Shown here: positions 1 to 9,077 of the stretch, in pieces | How positions within the stretch are numbered: the stretch's first letter is position 1 | How the letters are laid out: each line of letters starts with the position of its first letter | NCBI GenBank assembly: GCA_027314595.1 | Contig: DAHVAN010000335.1 | Span: forward strand, 19,422 to 83,421 | Origin: Actinomycetota bacterium | GTDB lineage: Bacteria > Actinomycetota > Actinomycetes > Streptosporangiales > Streptosporangiaceae | Reading direction: 5' to 3' | DNA: 64,000 bases | Translations under genes and position numbers: made by a program | The notes under the pieces: model-generated | The model's database searches: none | The model's input: only the letters and a program-made list of their open reading frames with translations | Told to the model about the DNA's origin: nothing

Positions 1-154
1 TTCCGCCCGGGAGGTTGAAAACGCCGTCATCGTCTTGCACCAGTACCCGGCACGTCGCTGGGCATACCAGGTAGCCATACACCTGGGTGACCTCCAGGCC
101 GACCGGAACCGGCGCCTCATGCCACCAGTACTGAACCTCGCCAACAGCAGCCAC
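1..154 (-). CDS. NUDIX hydrolase, N-terminal part (runs off the window)
   Basis: Manual translation from GTG 154: MAAVGEVQYWWHEAPVPVGLEVTQVYGYLVCPATCRVLVQDDDGVFNLPGG; 'FNLPGG' is the typical lead-in to a Nudix box. Not in the ORF track. Confidence 0.65.
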   Translation of the reverse strand, partial: MAAVGEVQYWWHEAPVPVGLEVTQVYGYLVCPATCRVLVQDDDGVFNLPGG

Positions 155-366
155 CCGCCCACCGTAATCATCCGGCAGACGCCGCGCTGGAAGGCACGCC
201 GGAGTAATCCCGGCCCAGCAGACGGCCGACACCCCAAGTTTTCAACGCGTCCCAGTACCCCAGATCCACAGTCGGTACGCCGAGCCCGACCGCCGTTGAC
301 TGCCTTCGAGCCGAACGTGACTGTGAAGGCAGGAAGCATCCGAGAACTCCCTTCACTGGAGGAAAC

Positions 367-684
367 ATGCGACTAGATTTCGTAGGCGTCGATCCTGACA
401 ACCCAGCCGACCAGTGCCCGGCGGTGTTCGTCGACTCCGAGACCGGTGACTTCTACATGCAAGGTGAGACGGTCACCGATCCAGATGTGCTGGCGTGGAT
501 CAACTCCGACAGCCGGATACTGGACTCTGAGTCGGTCGTCAGGTTGCCGGCGCGGATGGCGGCGATCATCATGGAGGCGGCCAGTGGCGGGTACGAGCGG
601 GGCCGGAGGCGGTTCCCCGCTGGGGGGCATCCCCGGCCTGACGAGGACGTACGCTCCGGGAGAGAAGGAACCGGCGTTCGCTGA
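367..684 (+). CDS. Small protein of the kind found upstream of DUF6879 genes
   Basis: GGAGG RBS before ATG; 'DPDNPADQCPAVFVD..GDFYMQG..VTD...ESVVRLP' pattern; overlaps the DUF6879-like gene. Confidence 0.65.
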   Translation: MRLDFVGVDPDNPADQCPAVFVDSETGDFYMQGETVTDPDVLAWINSDSRILDSESVVRLPARMAAIIMEAASGGYERGRRRFPAGGHPRPDEDVRSGREGTGVR

Positions 685-1174
685 CCTGCTCGGGACGTGC
701 GCCGCGTCGGCGGTCCACCTGGAGATGCACGACCAGCACCTGACCTCCGACGCGGCGTTCCAGGCGTGGCTAGACGGGCGTACTGCACCGCAGGCCCCTG
801 CGGTGCAGTACGGCGGCTACGTCGCCGTAGTACGCGATGCGGTGCGGCGTGGCGTTCGCGTACAGCGGGCCAGGATCATCGGCGAGCCGGTGTCGGCCTA
901 TGTGCGGTGGGAGCATTCTCTGACCGGCCCGGTGAACGTCGCGGCGGGTGAGCAGGTGCGCTGGCTGCCCCGACGGCTGGCCTCCATTTTGGCGCTGCCC
1001 GGCAACCCGTACTGGGTGTTCGATGACCGGCTGGTCCGGTTCACCGTGTTCGACGGAGATGGCGAGGTAGCCGGGCAGCAGTACAGCGAGGACCCAGGCG
1101 TGATCATGGCGTGCCGTGCGGCGTTCGAGGCGGTGTGGGATCTCGCTACGCCGCACGAGGACTACCGGATCTGA
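584..1174 (+). CDS. DUF6879 family protein
   Basis: 'SAVHLEMHD', 'RARIIGEPVSAYVRWEH', 'AGEQVRWLPR', 'YWVFDDRLV'. Start moved to GTG 584, behind a GGAGG RBS. Confidence 0.8.
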   Translation: MAGTSGAGGGSPLGGIPGLTRTYAPGEKEPAFADLLGTCAASAVHLEMHDQHLTSDAAFQAWLDGRTAPQAPAVQYGGYVAVVRDAVRRGVRVQRARIIGEPVSAYVRWEHSLTGPVNVAAGEQVRWLPRRLASILALPGNPYWVFDDRLVRFTVFDGDGEVAGQQYSEDPGVIMACRAAFEAVWDLATPHEDYRI

Positions 1175-1189
1175 TACCTGCTGGCGGCG

Positions 1190-2050
1190 ATGCCTTCCTC
1201 TTCTTCCTCCAGCGCCCAGCAGGCCCGGCAGGCACTGGCCGGCCAGCTCCGCGATATCCGCGTGGCCGCAGGGCTGAGCGGCCGGGAGCTGGCAGCCCGT
1301 GCAGGATGGCACGGCGGGTCGAAGGTCACCAAGATCGAACATGGAATCAGGCCGCCGTCCGCCGACGACATCCGCACCTGGTGCCGCGTCTGCGCGGTAC
1401 CGCCAGAACGCGCCGAGGAACTGCTGGCCGAGCAGCGCGCTGTCGCCGGCATGTGGGTGACCTACCAGCGGCTGAACCGCGCCGGGCTGCGCCGCGCCCA
1501 GCAATCCGTCCGCCCGGCGTTCGAGCAGGCAGCGCTGATCCGCAGCTACCAGCCCCGGATCATCCCCGGCCTGCTGCAAACCCCCGCGTACACCACGGTC
1601 ATGCTGGAGGTGTCCCGCGACCGGCAAGGAACAGCCCGTGACGACATCGCCGAAGCGGTCGGCGAGCGGATGGACCGGCGGCAGATCCTGACCCAGGCCG
1701 GGCACCGATTCGAGTTCGTCATCGAAGAACAGGTCCTCCGCTACCAGCTCTGCGCCACCCGGACCTTGTCAGAGCAGTTGCAGCACCTGCGCGATATCAG
1801 CCGCCTCGCCCAAGTATCGCTGGGGATCATCCCGCAGCGCGCCGACCGCCACGGAATACTGCCCAGTGAAGGCTTCGTCATGTTCGACACCGGCCTGGTG
1901 ATCGTGGAACTGGTCTCCGGGGTGCTATCGGTGACCCAGCCTCGCGAGATCGCCATGTACACCAAGGACTTCACCGACCTGGCCAGCGTCGCCGTCTACG
2001 GCGGCGGCGCTCGCCAGCTCATCAGCATGGCGCTACGCGACCTCGGGTGA
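1190..2050 (+). CDS. XRE-family HTH regulator with DUF5753 domain
   Basis: N-terminal 'LRDIRVAAGLSGRELAARAGW..SKVTKIEHG'; C-terminal 'IPGLLQTPAY', 'RMDRRQIL', 'FVIEEQVL'. Confidence 0.88.
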   Translation: MPSSSSSSAQQARQALAGQLRDIRVAAGLSGRELAARAGWHGGSKVTKIEHGIRPPSADDIRTWCRVCAVPPERAEELLAEQRAVAGMWVTYQRLNRAGLRRAQQSVRPAFEQAALIRSYQPRIIPGLLQTPAYTTVMLEVSRDRQGTARDDIAEAVGERMDRRQILTQAGHRFEFVIEEQVLRYQLCATRTLSEQLQHLRDISRLAQVSLGIIPQRADRHGILPSEGFVMFDTGLVIVELVSGVLSVTQPREIAMYTKDFTDLASVAVYGGGARQLISMALRDLG

Positions 2051-2206
2051 CCGGCGCAGGGGCAAATCCGGGCAACTTCTTTGACCCATCGCGGCAGGCT
2101 CCGTAGCGTCTGTTGCGTCGTGCGCCAGCAAGGCATTCCCGGCCGATGCCAGGCTTGCCGGGGCAATGACAACCTGCAGTCTGGACGCCTGGTGGAAGGA
2201 TCAGGA

Positions 2207-2437
2207 ATGCGTGCCTCAAGGCAGCTCAAGCAGGCGGAGGCAGCACAAATGGAAACGATGAGTGAAGCTCTCGGCCTGCTCATCGGCAACGACCGCTTCA
2301 TCAATCCGCTCGTAGTAACCAGCCTGTGCGATCTCCGCGAGGAAATCGCGGCGGAACTGGGACGGAGGAGTACTGGAAGCGAAACAGCGATCCATGAAGC
2401 CCCGCGTCTGCACCCCGTATCCAGCGCCCGCGCCTGA
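2207..2437 (+). CDS. Hypothetical protein
   Basis: ATG 2207 after a purine-rich RBS; stop overlaps the next ATG (TGATG). Confidence 0.5.
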   Translation: MRASRQLKQAEAAQMETMSEALGLLIGNDRFINPLVVTSLCDLREEIAAELGRRSTGSETAIHEAPRLHPVSSARA

Positions 2438-2673
2438 TGACCGAAACAGATCGTCGGCTAGGCGCTGTCGAAAGCTCGCGTGGTCCACTGGACGCCTTGG
2501 TACTAGAGCTGGCAACGGAGTTCCCCGGTTACTTCATCGGCACGCAGCAGACCTGGAACGGCGTCAGCCTGTCCGCTCACGACAAGGATCGGGCGGCTCA
2601 CCCAGGCGTTTACGCGGTGGTCACCAAAGATCCCGACGAGATGCGCCGCACGCTACGGCAAGACCAGCAGTAA
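2437..2673 (+). CDS. Hypothetical protein
   Basis: 78-aa ORF with protein-like composition, coupled to the upstream ORF. Confidence 0.6.
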   Translation: MTETDRRLGAVESSRGPLDALVLELATEFPGYFIGTQQTWNGVSLSAHDKDRAAHPGVYAVVTKDPDEMRRTLRQDQQ

Positions 2674-2818
2674 CTACTGATAACCGCCGCGGGTCGCAGG
2701 GCATGCGGTGCGTGGGGTTGGCATTCTTGCCGACACGACGGTAGTCGTTCACCTCGGGCCGGTGCGACCCTTTGCGGGTGTTCAGTCGATTACACCTAGC
2801 TTGTTTTACGCTGAACTT

Positions 2819-4063
2819 ATGGCACGATCGAGGAGGTTTCGGGTCCTGGATGACGAGATCACCATCGGTGCCAGGCTCCGCATCTTGCGCCGTTGGCGTG
2901 GTAAGACCCAGACCGAGCTGGCCGGGCTGGCGGGCTTGTCGCCGTCGTTCATCTCCATGGTGGAAACGGGCCAGCGTCCGCTCGACCGCCGGTCTCACAT
3001 CGCCGCGCTGGCGAACGCGCTGAAGGTGTCAGAGGCTGACCTTGTCGGTGGCCCGCATCTGTCGGCAGACCGGCAGCAGGCCGACCCGCATGGGGCCATT
3101 CCGGCGCTGCGCGAGGCGTTCTTGACCAATACGCTGTCCAACCCCGCCCTTGACCGGGCTCGGCCGCTATCGGAGCTGGTGACGGCGGTCACCATGCAGG
3201 TTGAGCCCGCTCGTACTCGCTGTGATTACACTGCGGTCGGCCAGGTTCTGCCGGGCGTACTTGACGAGCTGCACTGGTATATCGCTGCCGCTGGCCGCGA
3301 AGCGGATCGCCGGCTCGCGGTGGAGACGCTGATCGAGGCGTGCCTGTCGGCGACGCTCGTAGCGAAGAACCTCGGCTACACCGATCTCGCTCACGTCGCG
3401 GCGTTGCGTGCTCGGGAAGCTGCCGCCCTGCTGGATGATCCGGTCCAGCAGGGCAAGGCCGACTTGGCGCGTATCTGGGCACTGCCGCGCGAGCGGCCGT
3501 GGGACCGCAAGCTGGCGCTCATCGAGCAGACCGCGGATGCCCTGGAACCGCACGCCCGGTCACCGCTGGGCACCTGCGTTCTCGGCATGATCACGTTGCA
3601 TGCCGCGTTGGCCGGTGCTGTCGTCCAGCGCCCGGACCAGGTCAGTCACTGGCTCGGGGAGGCCAACCAGCTCGCCGGGCGGATTCCTGATGATGTGGCG
3701 GGGAACTGGCAGTCGTTCGGCCGTACGAACGTCGGCGTGTGGCGAGTCGCCATCAGTGTGGAGCGTGGCGAGAGCGGCGGCGCCCTGCGGCAACTCGCCG
3801 GGACCGTGGATGAGGAGAAGATCGTGGTGCGTTCCCGCAAGGCCCAGTTTCTGGCCGATGTCGGACGAGGGCTGGCGAGGGAGGCGAGGACGCACGGCGA
3901 CGCGGTGGCCTGGCTGCGCCGCGCTGAGGAGACCGGGCCGCAGCACATCCGCAATAGCGCACCTGTCCGCGAGACCGTCGCATACCTCCTGAACCGGGCA
4001 GTAGCGACATCTGGCGGCCGGGAGCTGCGCGGCATGGCTGCCCGTATGGGAGTGCCGCACTGA
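2819..4063 (+). CDS. XRE-family HTH regulator with long helical (TPR-like) C-terminal region, paralog 1
   Basis: 'IGARLRILRRWRGKTQTELAGLAGLSPSFISMVETGQR'; start set to ATG 2819; paralog at 6225-7442. Confidence 0.85.
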   Translation: MARSRRFRVLDDEITIGARLRILRRWRGKTQTELAGLAGLSPSFISMVETGQRPLDRRSHIAALANALKVSEADLVGGPHLSADRQQADPHGAIPALREAFLTNTLSNPALDRARPLSELVTAVTMQVEPARTRCDYTAVGQVLPGVLDELHWYIAAAGREADRRLAVETLIEACLSATLVAKNLGYTDLAHVAALRAREAAALLDDPVQQGKADLARIWALPRERPWDRKLALIEQTADALEPHARSPLGTCVLGMITLHAALAGAVVQRPDQVSHWLGEANQLAGRIPDDVAGNWQSFGRTNVGVWRVAISVERGESGGALRQLAGTVDEEKIVVRSRKAQFLADVGRGLAREARTHGDAVAWLRRAEETGPQHIRNSAPVRETVAYLLNRAVATSGGRELRGMAARMGVPH

Positions 4064-4188
4064 TCAGGTGCACGTCTGAACGCGTGGGGGTAAACCACTA
4101 TCGCCCGGTGGCCACAGCGCGGGCGCCGCGGAGACCAGCGTTACGGGGATACTGGTGCGGCGAGCATCATCGGGAGGACGACGGGCCG

Positions 4189-4992
4189 ATGCGGGAATTC
4201 GGGATGCTCGGGACGCGCAAGACCGTACTCGGGATGGTGCACCTGCCGCCGCTGCCTGGCACGCCGTTTCATGAAGACGGTAGCTTCGGCCAGATAATCG
4301 ACACTGCGGTCGGCTCGGCGCTCGCGCTGGCCGAGGGCGGCGCGGATGGCTGCCTAGTGCAGACGGTGGACCGCGTCTACCACCCGGGTGAGGACAGCGA
4401 CCCGGCCCGCACTGCAGCCATGGCCCTGGTAGTGAACGCCATCGCCCAGGCGGCGAGCGACGATTTCCAGGTCGGCGTGCATCTGATGCGCAACGCGTTG
4501 AAGGCGTCTCTGGCAGTCGCCAAGGTGGCTGGAGGGAGCTACGTCCGGGCCAGCGCGCTGGTCGGCGCCACGCTGACCCCGCACGGGATGGTCGAGGGGC
4601 ACCCGCTAGAGGTGATGGAGTACCGGGCCAAGATTCACGCCGAGCGGATCAAGATCATCGCCGAGGTTGAGTCCATGCATTTCCGGTGGCTCGGCGGGGA
4701 CAAGCCAGTCGCGGAGGTAGCGCGGGCTGCGGTCAGCTCAGGCGCGGACGCCGTTGCGGTGGCTGACCGGGATGAGGGGCGTGTGCTGGAGATGATCGCC
4801 GCGATTCGCGAGGCGGTGCCGGGAGTGCCGGTCATCCTGGCGGGCTACACCACCCATCAGAACGCGGCGCGGTTGCTGGCTGCCGCTGACGGCGCGTTCG
4901 TGGGCAGATGCCTGGAGAGCGGCGGGTGGGGCGGCCAGATCGACGCGGGCCGGGTACGTGCCTACATGGACATCGTGGGCGGTCTTGACTGA
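4189..4992 (+). CDS. BtpA/SgcQ family TIM-barrel protein
   Basis: 'VLGMVHLPPLPGTP', 'GADG', 'ADGAFVG'; ATG 4189 after GGAGG. Confidence 0.85.
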   Translation: MREFGMLGTRKTVLGMVHLPPLPGTPFHEDGSFGQIIDTAVGSALALAEGGADGCLVQTVDRVYHPGEDSDPARTAAMALVVNAIAQAASDDFQVGVHLMRNALKASLAVAKVAGGSYVRASALVGATLTPHGMVEGHPLEVMEYRAKIHAERIKIIAEVESMHFRWLGGDKPVAEVARAAVSSGADAVAVADRDEGRVLEMIAAIREAVPGVPVILAGYTTHQNAARLLAAADGAFVGRCLESGGWGGQIDAGRVRAYMDIVGGLD

Positions 4993-5061
4993 CGGCGAAC
5001 GAAAGCAGCCGGGAAAGAGGACACCATAGAGCCGATCCAGCCTGAAGTCCTGATCCGGCAG

Positions 5062-6126
5062 GTGGAGAGCCTGGCCGGCGATCTAGCGGATCATGCGGGA
5101 CCGGTCAGCGAACGGCTCGATGGCCTGCTGACCGCACAAGAGTGGGCCGGGTCCGGAACCGTGTACCTGACCGGGGACGGCGATTCCTACCACGCCGCCT
5201 GCTCTGCGGAAATGGCGTTCGAGTCACTGGCCGGCGTTTCCTGTGAGCCGTTGAGCGCCCTGCGGTTCCTCGGATACTGCGCGCCATGGCTGAGCCCGGA
5301 AACAGCGGGACGTCCGCTCGTCATCGCCGTCTCGGCATCCGGCGCCACGCAGCGCGTCGTGCAGGCGATCGAAGCCGCCAAGCAGCGCGGCGCGCTGACC
5401 ATCGCGATCACCGGTGCCCCCGGTGGGGCGGTCACGCAGGCCGCCGACCGCGCCCTGGTGATCGAACTTGCCAGGCCGGAACCATCCCCAGGCATCCGCA
5501 CCTACCAGGCAAGCCTGCTCGGCCTGCTGCTGACCGCGATCGAACTCGGCCAGGCCCTCCACCACTGCCCAGCACAGCAGGCCCGAGCACTGCGGGATGA
5601 GCTTTCAGCGCTCTCCGGTGCTATCGCGGCTACCGCCGCCGCGGTCAAGGATCAGTGCCGCGATGTGGCCGGGATCGCCGCCACCAGCCCGGTACTGGTC
5701 ATGACGGGCAGCGGCCCCAGCTATGGCACCGCGCTGTTCGCCGCCGCGAAGATGACCGAGACTGCGGGCGTGTTCGCAGCCGGGCAGGACCTGGAAGAAT
5801 GGTGTCACGTCGAGCGCTTCGCCTACCCCGACGCCATGCCTGTCTTCGTGATCGCCCCGCCCGGCCGATCCAGCCATCATGCCGCAGCGCTCGCTAAGCT
5901 CGCGCGCCAGCAGGATCGTTTCGTTGTCGCGGTCACAGACCAAGGCGACAGTGATGTCGCTGCTTACGCGAGCGCTGTGCTGCACGTCCGGGGCCGGGTC
6001 CGCGAGGAGTTCTCGCCGCTGCTTTATCACGTCTTCGCTGGCTACGTGGCGTCCTACCTTGCTGAGCGGCTGAACCGGCTGCCGTTCCAGGCTGACCGGC
6101 TCCCCCGTACACCGCGGACTCCCTAG
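5062..6126 (+). CDS. Double-SIS-domain sugar-phosphate isomerase/deglycase (GlmS-C/FrlB-like)
   Basis: 'YLTGDGDSYHAA', 'AVSASGAT', 'GSGPSYGTALFAAAKMTE', 'LEEWCHVE'. True start may be upstream (see findings). Confidence 0.85.
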   Translation: MESLAGDLADHAGPVSERLDGLLTAQEWAGSGTVYLTGDGDSYHAACSAEMAFESLAGVSCEPLSALRFLGYCAPWLSPETAGRPLVIAVSASGATQRVVQAIEAAKQRGALTIAITGAPGGAVTQAADRALVIELARPEPSPGIRTYQASLLGLLLTAIELGQALHHCPAQQARALRDELSALSGAIAATAAAVKDQCRDVAGIAATSPVLVMTGSGPSYGTALFAAAKMTETAGVFAAGQDLEEWCHVERFAYPDAMPVFVIAPPGRSSHHAAALAKLARQQDRFVVAVTDQGDSDVAAYASAVLHVRGRVREEFSPLLYHVFAGYVASYLAERLNRLPFQADRLPRTPRTP

Positions 6127-6224
6127 CTCAGATGGGACAAACAGCCGCGAAAGATCCATGACCGGCACGAAGCTTGCACCAGCGATTACCCTGAACGTAG
6201 CGAGCTGCGAGAAGGCGGTGTGAC

Positions 6225-7442
6225 GTGGACGAGGCAACCATCGGCGCCAGGCTCCGCGCGCTGCGCCGCTGGCGCGGCAAGACCCAGACCGAGCTGGCAG
6301 GACTGGCTGGGCTGTCCCCGTCGTTCATCTCGATGGTCGAAACGGGCCAGCGTCCCCTCGATCGCCGCTCGCACATCGCGGCGCTGGCCAGCGCGCTCCG
6401 GGTCTCCGAAACCGACCTAGTGGGAGGGCCGCACCTCAGCGCCGACCGGCAGCAGTCCGACCCTCACATGAGCATCCCGGCGTTGCGGGTCGCGATCTTC
6501 AGCAACACGCTCACGAGCGCCGTCACCGAACGGGCCCGGGCGCTGACGGACCTGGCCAGGGAAGTCGCGGGCGAGGTGCGCCCTGCCTGCCAGGACGCGA
6601 ACTACCTGCGTGCCGGTGAGTTGCTGCCGTCTCTGATAGACGAGCTGCACGTGCACGTCGCCGAGCCCGCCGACGAGGCGGCGCTGAGGCTGGCCTTGGA
6701 GACTCTGGTCGATGCGTGCATTGCAGCCGAGGAAACAGCCAATGTCCTGGGTTACACCGATCTGGCGCATGCGGCTGCGGCGCGTGCCATGGAGGCCGCG
6801 GCGATTTTGGGAGACCCGGTCCAGCAGGGGAAGGCGGCCTGGGCTCATGTGATGACGCTGCCACGCGACGGGATGCCAGAACGGAAGCTGGCCGTTGCGG
6901 AACGGGCGGCGCACCAGCTTGAGCCCCACGCCCGCCAGGGGCTCGGCGTACAGGCTCTCGGCATGCTGACCCTTACTGCCGCAATGGCTGCCGCAGTGGT
7001 CCATCAGGAAACCACGGCCGGGGCCTGGCTTGATGAGGCCGATGCGCTTGCCAGCAGGGTGCCAGATACGCCCATGGTCAACTGGCAGCTATTCTCGAGG
7101 ACCAATGTCGGCATCTGGCGGGTTCAGGTCGGCTGCGAGCGCGGGCTGGCCGGAGCAAGGATGCTGGAGCTTGCCGGGCAGGTTGACGTCAGCCGTATCG
7201 GCGTGCATTCCCAGCGCAGGGCGGCATTCCTCGCCGATACGGGTCGCGGGCTGGCCCGCGACCCGCGCACCAGGCGTGAGGCTGTCCAGTGGCTGCTACG
7301 GGCCGAGAACGCTGCACCGCAGTGGATCCGCAACAACCCGGCTGCCCGCGAGTCGGTCGCCTACCTGCTAGACCGCGCCACCGCCACGGCTGGCGGCCGG
7401 GAGCTGCGGGGCATGGCTGCGCGTATGGGCGTGCCGCACTGA
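6225..7442 (+). CDS. XRE-family HTH regulator with long helical C-terminal region, paralog 2
   Basis: HTH nearly identical to that of 2819-4063; identical C-terminus 'GGRELRGMAARMGVPH'. Confidence 0.87.
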   Translation: MDEATIGARLRALRRWRGKTQTELAGLAGLSPSFISMVETGQRPLDRRSHIAALASALRVSETDLVGGPHLSADRQQSDPHMSIPALRVAIFSNTLTSAVTERARALTDLAREVAGEVRPACQDANYLRAGELLPSLIDELHVHVAEPADEAALRLALETLVDACIAAEETANVLGYTDLAHAAAARAMEAAAILGDPVQQGKAAWAHVMTLPRDGMPERKLAVAERAAHQLEPHARQGLGVQALGMLTLTAAMAAAVVHQETTAGAWLDEADALASRVPDTPMVNWQLFSRTNVGIWRVQVGCERGLAGARMLELAGQVDVSRIGVHSQRRAAFLADTGRGLARDPRTRREAVQWLLRAENAAPQWIRNNPAARESVAYLLDRATATAGGRELRGMAARMGVPH

Positions 7443-7525
7443 CAACCCGCGTTTACGCTGCGGATTTAGATGACTTCACGCTGGTGAGATCGGACATCGG
7501 GGTTGCGGTCTAGTCTCCGTTACCC

Positions 7526-7810
7526 ATGGAGGCACGCGAGGAACAGCTCGCTCATCTGGACCGCCTAGCTCAGGCGCTGGACCCTGACGCGTTCACTGCC
7601 GAAGTCGTCAGGGCGATCTCGCGGCCCTACCTGAAAGTCGCCAACGCCCGGACGCCGACGCTGAACGAACAGATCCACTGCCGACAGGCCAGTGACGGCT
7701 CATGGGTGTTCCAGTGGCCGTGGAAGAAGCCGATCGGGCCGGTTGATGATCTGGAGACGGTCGCTGGCAAGATCGCTGAAGTTCTCCGGCCGGTGGTGGG
7801 CGAGGCGTGA
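7526..7810 (+). CDS. Hypothetical protein
   Basis: 94-aa ORF heading a chain of GTGA/ATGA-coupled genes. Confidence 0.65.
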   Translation: MEAREEQLAHLDRLAQALDPDAFTAEVVRAISRPYLKVANARTPTLNEQIHCRQASDGSWVFQWPWKKPIGPVDDLETVAGKIAEVLRPVVGEA

Positions 7811-8301
7811 ATCGCTGTCCTGCCTTCAAGGCAGTCCCCACATGGCCGGTGACGTCGGCCAATTCCCCGGCGGCGGCGTCGAGGGCGGCGGACGGCCGGT
7901 GGATGTGGGAGCGGACTTTCCCGGGTTCTGCGGTCCAGGTAGGGCAGGTCCGATCTGCGGTACGGATAGTGCTGGATGGATGCTCCGCGGCGGACGACGT
8001 AGTCCATATTCTCAGCGAGATCAGCGCGAATGCGTGCGAGCACAGCCGCAGCGGGAAATTGGGCGGCGAGTTCATCGTCCGGCTCCAGCATTCACCCGGT
8101 GCGTGTGTCCTGGGCGAGGTCGAGGATGAAGGCGGGTCCTGGGACGGCGACCTGAAAGCCTCCGCGCGTGACCGGTCTGGCCTGTCTATTGTCCTGGCGC
8201 TGGCTTCTGCCTGCGGGGTGGAACTGCGGCCCGGCGAGCGCCGCGCGGTCTGGTTCCACCTCCCGTGCCAGCCGGAATACCCGGGTGAAGCGGGCAGATG
8301 A
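7807..8301 (+). CDS. HATPase_c ATP-binding protein (anti-sigma RsbW-like)
   Basis: 'LSEISANACEHS' N-box, 'EVEDEGG' G1 box, 'SGLSIVLALA'. Confidence 0.8.
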   Translation: MNRCPAFKAVPTWPVTSANSPAAASRAADGRWMWERTFPGSAVQVGQVRSAVRIVLDGCSAADDVVHILSEISANACEHSRSGKLGGEFIVRLQHSPGACVLGEVEDEGGSWDGDLKASARDRSGLSIVLALASACGVELRPGERRAVWFHLPCQPEYPGEAGR

Positions 8302-9077
8302 GCGGTAGCGGCTCCCGTACGCCGAATGTCGGCCGCATCTACGATGCGCTGCTCGGTGGTAAGGACAACTACGCTGATGACCGGCAGGCCGCCGACCAGT
8401 TGCTGGCGGTGGTGCCCGATGCGCGGGCGGTGGCGTGGGCAAACCGGCGTTTCGTGAGCCGCGCCGTCCGGTTCCTGACCCAGGACGCGGGCATCGGGCA
8501 GTTCATCGACATCGGCACCGGGCTGCCCGCCCCAGGCAACGTCCATCAGGTCGCGCGTGAGCAGGACCCGCTGGCGCGCGTGGCCTACGTCGACAACGAC
8601 CCGGTCGCGGTGTCGCACGCGCGGGCCTTGCTGTGCACGGCGCCGGGGGTCTGCGCGGTCGAGGGTGACCTGCGTGACCCGGCGGGCATCGTGGGCCACC
8701 CGGACGTGCGGGCGGTGATCGATCTGGGTGCGCCGGCCGCGGTCGTGCTGGGGGCGGTGCTGCATCACGTCCCGGATGAGGACTGCCCGCACGAGCTGGT
8801 GGATATGCTCATGGCCGCGGTGGCGCCAGGCAGTTACCTAGTGCTCTCCCACGCCACGGACCAGGACATCGGCGCGGAGGCCGCTGGGCAGGTGCGGGAG
8901 CTGTATGCGCAGGCCAGTGCCCCGGCCGTGTTCCGTTCCCGTACGAAGGTCGCCGGGTTCTTCGAAGGGCTGGAGCTGGTCCCGCCGGGCATCGGTGATG
9001 TCGCCGCCTGGCACGCCGGCCTGCCGACTGCACCCGGCCGGGTGATCGTCGTGGGCGGAGTCGGGAGAAAGCCGTGA
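8298..9077 (+). CDS. SAM-dependent methyltransferase (Methyltransf_19/DUF574 type)
   Basis: 'PNVGRIYDALLGGKDNYADDR', 'QFIDIGTGLP', 'YVDNDP'. Confidence 0.9.
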   Translation: MSGSGSRTPNVGRIYDALLGGKDNYADDRQAADQLLAVVPDARAVAWANRRFVSRAVRFLTQDAGIGQFIDIGTGLPAPGNVHQVAREQDPLARVAYVDNDPVAVSHARALLCTAPGVCAVEGDLRDPAGIVGHPDVRAVIDLGAPAAVVLGAVLHHVPDEDCPHELVDMLMAAVAPGSYLVLSHATDQDIGAEAAGQVRELYAQASAPAVFRSRTKVAGFFEGLELVPPGIGDVAAWHAGLPTAPGRVIVVGGVGRKP

